Of a DNA stretch of 55,995 bases, positions 48,224-55,995 are shown piece by piece. This stretch comes from Pelomyxa schiedti (taxonomy: Eukaryota; Protista; Evosea). The DNA is taken from contig JAHLWZ010000422.1 of assembly GCA_020536535.1 (NCBI GenBank), forward strand, positions 1 to 55,995, written 5' to 3'. Within the stretch, counting starts at the first letter, position 1, and every line of letters begins with the position of its first letter. The notes under the pieces were generated by a model. The model searched no databases, was not told the DNA's origin, and saw only the letters and a list, made by a program, of their open reading frames with translations. The position numbers and the translations under genes were made by a program.

Positions 48224-51200
48224 ATGGTGCACCGGTGGAGTGCCGGCGTGGTTGGGCTTGTGTGTATTTTGGGTGCTCTACGGCTGCCCTTCGCGAGCGG
48301 CAGCAACGAGCGGGTCGCCCTCCTTTCGGACGGCGTCTCCCAGTCTCCTCCCGCATCGGGCAGCCCGAGCCCCCCGGGCCCGCCCCCGGAGAACTGCAGC
48401 GTCGTAGTCCCGCCAGGCCGTCCGCCCGCGGGAGGCGCGGGCAACCTCAGCGGGAGCAGTGGCAGCGGCAGCGGGTCGTTCGACGGCCACTACGAGGCCG
48501 TGGGGCGCCCCTTCGCCGCCGCCGTCGCGGCCCTCGTGGTCAGCTACACCACGGGGCTCGTGGTCATCCCCTGCGGCGTGCTGCTCTACAAGCTCGTCAA
48601 CAAGCTCACGCACCCGTACCTGAGGTACATCTCGAGGACGGCCCCGAAGCCGCACCCCGACGGCACTCCCTCAGTCTCGCCGCCCACCTCCCCAGTTCCA
48701 GCGCCGGCGCCCTCGCCTTCCGTGCTTATGGGAGGCGGCGGCGGCACCGGCTACGGCTCCGACCCCTCACAGTCTCCCTCGCCGTCGCCGTCTCCCAGAA
48801 TAGCACCAATGTCACCCCCTGAGAGAATGGCCACGATCGCATCTGCATCTGTAAGCGCCTTGACTTCTGCGAATTCGTTGTGGAGAAACAGGGGAATGAG
48901 GCGGGCGTGGTACGGCTCAGTGCCCGATGACTTTGACCTGGATTCGCGGAATGACGATGATGACGGGGATTATGACTGCTCGAGTGATGCCAGTGATTAT
49001 GAGCCGTGTGAAGAGGAGATAGAGTGAGTGGCAGTCCGCCCCAATCTTACAAAAGTTTTGTTAGCATTCTCACCCACACAGAAAGGGCAGTGCTTTAATG
49101 ACTAATTTGGGGCCGAGTGTAACATCTCCCCCTGAGGAAAAACCAATCACCAATATGGCAACTAGCCCAAATATCCTTCGGCATGGACCTGGGACCACTG
49201 CATCAATGAACAATCTTCTTGTCATTGGCGCTATTTTTACAGGAGCAGGTATCACCACAGCACCAACAAAACAAAATTCTTTATGTGGTGTTTAATAGCC
49301 TGCAGTTAGGGTTGTATGTTTCCTGTGCTCCCTTGACCCTAGTGCCCGAGGTCCACTCATTACTGGTTTCTGGATATAAAAAAAATTCTCAGTAACTCAT
49401 ATCAATAGATGTATTAGACATCGGTCCTACATTGATTTATTTTACCACTGTGTCCTTATTTGTATGCGTCTCTGAAACAATATGAAGTTTAATGCAGATT
49501 TAGTTATTTAAAGCTCTTGAATCAGAGACTGAAGTTCTTGGTCTTCAAGTTTTTTTTTTTTTTTTATTGAATGTTTACCCTCTCTAAAGGCTTTGGAGAT
49601 CTCCGAAAACGTATAAAAATTTTGGCACTCGCGAACCTTGCATACTACTGTGCCTTCTTTGTTTTATTCTGTGCTGATTGTTTCGTTTCAGGAGCACAAA
49701 GTAATCGCGAGAAGTGTGTAGTACTTTTAACTTTCAGACAGTCTCTGAGGTTTCAATCTTAATTTTGACAGGGAAGAGGCAATGCAAATAGCTTTTGATG
49801 TTCTCATTGCTCTGGTGTCACTCTTTTATGCTGTTGGTACTTTTCCATACAAGTTCAAATCCTTTCCTTATTTTATCTTTTGGCAGCCCTTGTTTTGTGT
49901 GCAATCCTGAAGTGGTACAGGGTATCCCATGGTCAGAGTACACTCACGTGGCCTGTAATCCACAAATTTTGAGAGGTTTGTTGAACTCAAGTTGACCCGT
50001 GCAGGTTTTTTGCACTGTACTTGTTGGGGTTGGTGTTGCTGTGCTGTCCTGTATCTACCGATTCTTTTTGTTGGTGCTGCCTAAAGAATTCTTCCAATCC
50101 TACTGTGATGAGTCTACTGGAAGATATCAGTTAATAGGTATGTGTCTTCCATCTCCCATCCCTGGGTTAGCCCACACCCATTTTAGACCAGTACACATAT
50201 CTGCAACCTGACTTTACCAAGTCACTTATATGGATAATCCTGTATTACGTTGGTTCAGAAGTCATTCCAGGGGCAATGCTTCTGTGTGGCTACGTACTAC
50301 TTCCAGCAAGTAAAATGTCTCTTCTGTATTACTACTACTATGAGGAGATGCCGGATGGTAAAAACACTATTGCTATTTTTACATGGTAACTTCCCTTGAG
50401 ATGAAATTCGAACTCTTCTTGGAGATGCTGTGGCTCAAATTCCCTACACTGAAGTTCAACTTATTAATAAGATTGGGTAGGCATGAATCCCAGTTACTTG
50501 GTACTCACCCACTGGTTTCAGGCCCGAAACCTCGCATGTGCATCTGGCAAAATGGCGTGGCCTGGATGTCTGTGTCAAAATGATAACAAACTCCACAAAA
50601 AACCTCAATGACCCTCTTCTTCTAGCTTTTTGTGGTGAAATTAACATCATTTCCAAACTTGCTCATACACACATCTGCCAAGTACTGGTGCGTTTTCATT
50701 TCACTTCCGTTTTCCTCTTACTTTTTTAAGGCAGCTACAATATCGCCAGTCTCTCTTGTGACAGAGTACTTTCCAAGAGGAACTTTGAGAGAGGTTCTAA
50801 AAAAAGAGGTACTCCTTTCACTTGACCTTCTTTCCTCTTACCAAAACAGCCTCTTCCCCTTATAAAAAGATTGAGACTTGGGAAGGAAATTGCCCTAGCC
50901 ATGAACTATCTGCACTGCAACAACCCTCAAATCCTTCACTGGTACCATTTCCCTTCATATTTTACCTGTGTTCTGAGCCCCTACAGCGATTTATCTACAG
51001 AAAATATACTCGTGTCCGATGAGTATCATGCCAAGGTTGCTGATTTCGGGTATTGTCCCAGAGTGCCTCAGTTGATTATTTATATTTGTTTTGAGACTTG
51101 CAAAAACCAAGCGGCAACATTCGATCACAAAAAGAACAAAAAGAAAGGAGATTATACAAGAGATTCTCAATGAAGCACCTCAGGTTTTCCTCCAAAAAAA

Positions 51201-51921
51201 GAAAACTTTTCCTCACTTTTTTTTTTTGAAAGTATGTTGCACCAGAGTTCGGCACGACTTGCGAGTTTACAACTCAAATTGATGTCTTCAGCTATGCTGT
51301 GTGTCTGTGGGAACTGGCAACACAACAAGGTGTTCCATTTAAAGGCTGGTCACCTGATGAAATTGTGTCCACAATCGCACGTGGCGGAAGACCCTCAATC
51401 CCAAAAGGTACCCCATCCTGGGTAGGTTCCCTAATTTCCACATGCTGGCACCAATCACCCCACAAAAGGTACTATTTATCACCATCCCATTTCCGTAAAC
51501 ATTTATACGAAACTATTTACATCCGTCACTGGTGCACCCCTCCCTCTCACCATTTTATTACAGACCCTCCTTCAACACCGTCGTCTATGTATTCGATGAG
51601 CATTCCGGCGAATGCACGGAGCAAAACATTATACAGCAGTTCCGGGCCTCTCACCCCAATTTCAGCCTCAATCTCGCCAGCAGCACCACATCACTCAGCG
51701 CATCCTCGTCATCCTCAACGTCGTCGTCCTCATCAAGCTCAGTAACTCCCTTCTCACACATCAGTCCTGCACTCCCAACAACACCAAAAACACCAAAAAT
51801 GGCTCCTGCAGCTGCAATTCTCACAACAACCGGCACTCCTCCTACCACTACAACTACAACCACAACAACCACAACAACGAACACTACGAATGTAACATCA
51901 CTACGGCTAAGTAATTCTTAA
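48224..51921 (+). CDS. Signal peptide + multi-pass (about 7) TM region + TKL protein kinase fusion
   Basis: Hydrophobic helices: FAAAVAALVV..GVLLY, NLLVIGAIFTGA, IGPTLIYFTTVSLF, ILALANLAYYCAFFVLF, IAFDVLIALVSLFYAV, VLVGVGVAVLSCIYRFFLL, EVIPGAMLLCGYVLL. Kinase: AKWRGLDVCVK, EINIISKLAH, LVTEYFPRGTL, AMNYLH..ILHC|DLSTENILV, KVADFG|LAK, YVAPE, IDVFSYAVCLWEL, CWHQSPHKRPSF. Confidence 0.85.
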
Positions 51922-52030
51922 GATAGTTGTTCCATGTAATTGTAGGTTTTTTTTCTCTTGCAATACCCTTCTTGTTTATTTCCCATTCGAAAACAGAGTG
52001 TGGTGTGGTTGGTGATAGTGTGAAGCAGAA

Positions 52031-55000
52031 TTAGGATATAGAACACTTGCCACTCTTGGGCTTGGTGCTGGTGCTGGGTTTTGTTGTGTTGTAAAGCACG
52101 TAGTAGGCAATGCATTCCATCAATTCCTTCAGTCCTACTCTCCGCAAGGCGGATACTTCAACATAAACTGCATCATGCTTCCTGTTGTGTAGTGAGAATG
52201 AATAGCAATTAAAGAGATGGAATTACTGGGCAAATGTTGCTCCCTCTGCGTATGAAATCAAAGTCTCATTTGGTGTTTCTCTCAAATCACTATGGGAAGG
52301 AAGAAAATGGTGAAGTGAGGTAGCTAGAAGAGAGTTCGCATTGTACATCTTATTTGCAACCACAAAGCGTTTGGCATCCGGACACTCTTCTCGAGCTTCT
52401 GGAATCCACTTCTTTTCCTGAGCGACTGGTTTGTTGGATTAAAAAAAGATGGAATGCTACTATATGGGCCAGAGAATCACGATCGTTCACTGCAAAAACT
52501 ATAACAAAAATCACTGTACCGGGGTACCTTTGGGGAAAGCAACTTAAATTAAAGGCATCATGGATGGTTGTCAGAGTATACCCTAGAGGGCGTAATCTGT
52601 TGAATTCTTCCATGGAAGACTGGTAGTGTTGTTTTAAATAATGCACTTAAGACGTGAGGACATACTGTATCCCAAAGATTGAGAAGATATGGCGTTTCTC
52701 GAATAGTTATCACTTTTGTTGCATAATCGGATGGCATTCCAGGAATGTAGTGATTCCTGGGTCCAATTTTTTTAGTGTGCACAGACATTGAAGGGATGGT
52801 AGGGGGGAATACAGGTCATAGCTCTCCATCGTGGAAGAGTATATAATGGATGTCTTCCCAACACAGTTGTCCCCAATAAACGTAATTTTCAGTGTTTGAG
52901 ATAAGCCAACTGGCAGGCATCTCAAGCCCAAAACCTGTCCTACTCTTCAGATACTGAAAAAAATGGATTAGAGCTTACTTTAGACCGAGCTGTTAAGGGT
53001 GATACATGCCCGAAAAAGTTGGACCCCAAAGATGGTGCAAATGGAACCCAGAGGGAATCATTTAAGCAACATATATGGTACCACTGGTGTGAGACCATGG
53101 AACAACTTATGCAGGTGACTTGGCTGAAAAAATAAAATGTGCAATAACCTAATGAGATCCTCAACATTACTCAGAAATGTAAATATGTAGTATAACATGT
53201 CATCGTTCAACGGACTGTTCTTTGATGAAAGTTCATTACCGGCGGCTAATAGGTTACAGCACAATGGTTCCTTTCCATTTATGGAAACTTGCCCACCAAC
53301 TACAAACATCACACCTCTGTATGTTTTTGTGAGTTTGTCAAAAACTAGAAGTTCCGAGGTACCTCAGTACGCAAGCAGCACCATATGTATGTGTGTTGAA
53401 GATAAGAGGTGAATGGAATCCTGGAGTTATCTTGCTGCAACATCTCTCTTGTATTTCAAACGCCCATAAATCTCTTGAAGTTTTTTCCTTTATTGATTGT
53501 GGAGTTCCACCGTAAACAAACATAGTCTGAGTGGGATGGTCAAAAGCACAAGAACATCCCCACCTTGGGGGTGGCAACTGCCCTGACAAATTGACAACAG
53601 ACCATTGATAGGTGGTTAAATTGAGGGACCAAAGACGTGAGTCTACTGCATCCCTCCCATTCACTGAGATGCCGCCAAACACATACATAAATCCGTTACT
53701 GTGGCATGCTGAGTGAAAATATCTGAGATTCCTTATGAGAATCAAAAGGAAAGAGCAGCATTTCTCCTACCTTGGAGGAATTTGGCCTGAAGTATCTACA
53801 CAAGACCAAGAGTGACTTGTCAGAGAATATGAAAAAACATCATTGTCTGGCATTCTGGATGTCCTTCAATACAACTAAATAAAAACTGTTGTAGCTCACC
53901 CAGCACCTGTGTATCCTCCAAAGATCCACATTGTCGAATCTACAAGGATTGCTGAATGTCCAAACCGCACCTTCGTGAAGTAAATAATTTCTGGTCAGTG
54001 GGATAGGGAGAAGAGAAAGAACATACAGAGGGAGCTCCATCTGGTAGGCCTTTTGGCGATGATAGCAGATTCCATGTATTTGACGCAAATAAGAACTGCC
54101 ACAGATCATTCAGAAGAAATCTGCCTCACGTTTAGGTGCAGACACACAAACAGAGATCTCCTCAACTTGTTTCTACCACCAAAAACAAGCAGAGAATCTC
54201 TTGCAGAGCAATAAACGGCGGAGTGATGGACGCGCCCTGATGGCCTTTGGTGCTCTCCAGAGTCGTTCGCGGCAATCTGGATCTCGCTCCACTCTGGTTC
54301 CTGATCGGGAAACTCTGAGACTCTTCTCATCTGCCACAAGTCGTCGAAGTACTCCACGGGTGGAGCCACTGTCCCACCCGTGGCGCACGACGCGGGGTCC
54401 GCGGGTCCCACAATGGGGAGAGACGACCCGCCAAACATGATTGCATANNNNNNNNNNNNNNNNNNNNNNNNNNNNNNNNNNNNNNNNNNNNNNNNNNNNN
54501 NNNNNNNNNNNNNNNNNNNNNNNNNNNNNNNNNNNNNNNNNNNNNNNTCATCTGCCACAAGTCGTCGAAGTACTCCACGGGTGGAGCCACTGTCCCACCC
54601 GTGGCGCACGACGCGGGGTCCGCGGGTCCCACAATGGGGAGAGACGACCCGCCAAACATGATTGCATAGGACCCGTAGTCCCACAACGAGCTGGGCCCCA
54701 AGCTCCCGGTCCCGCACGAGCCCGAGTACCCCGACTTGGCCAAGAGCGCTGGCACCAACTTGGGCGCAGACGCGGCCCCGCTGTTTGGCACGCGCGACGT
54801 GCGTACGTCGTAGGCGGGCGCAGGGACGTGCGTGAGGCTGTGCCCGAATCGTGACAGATTGGGGGCAGATTTCCCAGTCTTTTTCGCAGCGTCGCCTCCA
54901 CCACTTGACGAGGTGGCGTCAGGCGGAGAATCATTTGGGAGAGGCGGAGAGCTGCTGCGACTGCATTGTGGGTCGATGTTGCACAGGAACCACTTCCACG

Positions 55001-55166
55001 AGGAAAACCTGTTGTTGGGGGTTGCCTTGAGGGTTTTCCTCATCACCATCACGTGCAAGGTTTTTTCCGGGCAGACGAGTCTACGAAGCCAGACATCACG
55101 TTTTCTTTGATGTGAGGGTTTGATGGATGAAGTTTTGCTTCTTTCGGGAGCGACAATTTCGAACAT
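52031..55166 (-). CDS. Kelch-repeat + F-box + atypical Rho/Rac GTPase + CAAX fusion protein (spans an N-gap)
   Basis: Kelch blades: RFGHSL, YAIMFGG, RVHHSAVY..LLVFGG, PR.FHSACHSNGFMYVFGG, PRWGCSC..MFVYGG, VMFVVGG. F-box: PLNDDMLYYIFTFL..DLI.CSMVSHQWYHI..NDSLW. Rho: KITFIGDNCVGKTS, LNLWDT, FNRLRPLGYPGT, KKWIPE, NKSDLR, EVSAL..GLKELME. Ends KSGKCSIS*. Confidence 0.85.
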
Positions 55167-55322
55167 TCGACGAATCTGTGATTTGATTGGAATGCCCTGC
55201 ACAAAAAACGTCTCGTGATGTTTCCTTCGCGTACGATATCAAATCATTATTTTTCTTTCCAGTCCACGCAACAGCCCGTTGTTTGGTGTGCCATTTGCTG
55301 TGGCGGAGATCTACGTGGCAAA

Positions 55323-55995
55323 ATGTGTTCGGCAGTAACCTTCCAGCCCTGTGTTGGTGATCCGTCTTCCGGATCTGCGTCTATGGCGCCAAATGTCTGG
55401 GAATTGTGCCAGTTGCAGCAGCAACAAGTTCAGCAGCAACAATTGCAGTCCTCTGCTTTTAATCAACTGCAACCACCGCAGCTACAACCGCAACAAAATG
55501 TGGCGAGGAACCAGCTCTCATATGAGTCCTTTGTAAATGAAGTCGACCAAGAGGCCTTATTGTGGTCAATGAACAATTCCGGGGACCAATTGGACTCCCG
55601 GTTTAAATTTCCTTCTCTTCGGGTTTTCGGTTCTTATAGAGAAATAGCGCTGTAGAACCTTTGCCCATTCCCCTGGATTACCCTTTACCAGGTCATTACC
55701 CCATTTTCTAGTGCTTACCGTAAAGGTTTCTTCTCAATACAGGTAGTATTATATCACCAGACCTAGGCGCTCAACCCCAAGCATCTCCAAGCAGGACCCC
55801 TAGAGGGTCCACAACATCGTCCCCTGTTACTTCAGCAGTGGGAACAGATAACCAACAACACCTCAATCCTACCATAAGTTCCCTTTTCCCATTGATGCAG
55901 CAAGCAACCCAGATAATGCAGAAAATCCCACAGTTTCAACCTCCTTACTCTTCAGCTGTTAGTCCGTTCACCCTGGACGCATCTCCGTCAATTGT
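55323..55995 (+). CDS. 5' part of a Gln-rich hypothetical protein running off the window
   Basis: MCSAVTFQ..QQQQVQQQQLQ..EVDQEALLWSM followed by short intron-like segments. No family recognised. Confidence 0.4.

Noticed and set aside
54327-54668. Exact ~120-bp direct repeat suggesting an extra Kelch blade
   Set aside because: The copies flank the gap at 54448-54547, so this is an assembly artefact.
1-55995. CRISPR arrays, rRNA, tRNA or prokaryotic operons
   Set aside because: None seen by eye. The repeats are coding microsatellites or homopolymers and most genes carry spliceosomal introns. tRNAscan-SE or Infernal would be needed to exclude small RNA genes.

Overview
Gene-dense eukaryotic genomic DNA read in the standard code. 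Genes are broken by many short (~40-55 nt) GT-AG introns, so the ORF track shows only exon fragments, and all gene models here were spliced by hand. The gene content and layout fit an amoebozoan-type protist; an archamoeba such as Pelomyxa is my inference, not something I verified. About 20 protein-coding loci were found, in order: a TKL kinase frameshifted at DFG, a DRP5/Dlp-type dynamin, Rab1, a CCHC zinc-knuckle protein, an SMPDL3-like phosphodiesterase, an ALG13-ALG14 fusion, a small ORF, GH2 with an inserted PAN domain, a Q/P-rich protein, a small acylated protein, GH3 beta-glucosidase, FAM135, a degenerate small GTPase, a CCCH/DUF1771/Smr protein, methylmalonate-semialdehyde dehydrogenase, an ILEI-BTB protein, a UVR-motif coiled-coil protein, a multi-TM kinase, a Kelch-F-box-Rho fusion and a partial Q-rich gene. 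A ~6 kb decayed island (41.6-47.4 kb) holds a PKA-like kinase remnant, a 66-bp inverted repeat, a GAF/PDE pseudogene and a Ty3/gypsy pol relic. The best leads are (1) a long coiled-coil protein carrying both tepsin-type AP-4 appendage-binding motifs, (2) a Kelch-F-box-atypical Rho-CAAX single polypeptide, (3) a GPCR-like multi-TM/TKL kinase fusion, and (4) an ALG13-ALG14 fusion in reversed domain order with no membrane anchor. Two of the four 100-N gaps are flanked by artefactual duplications.
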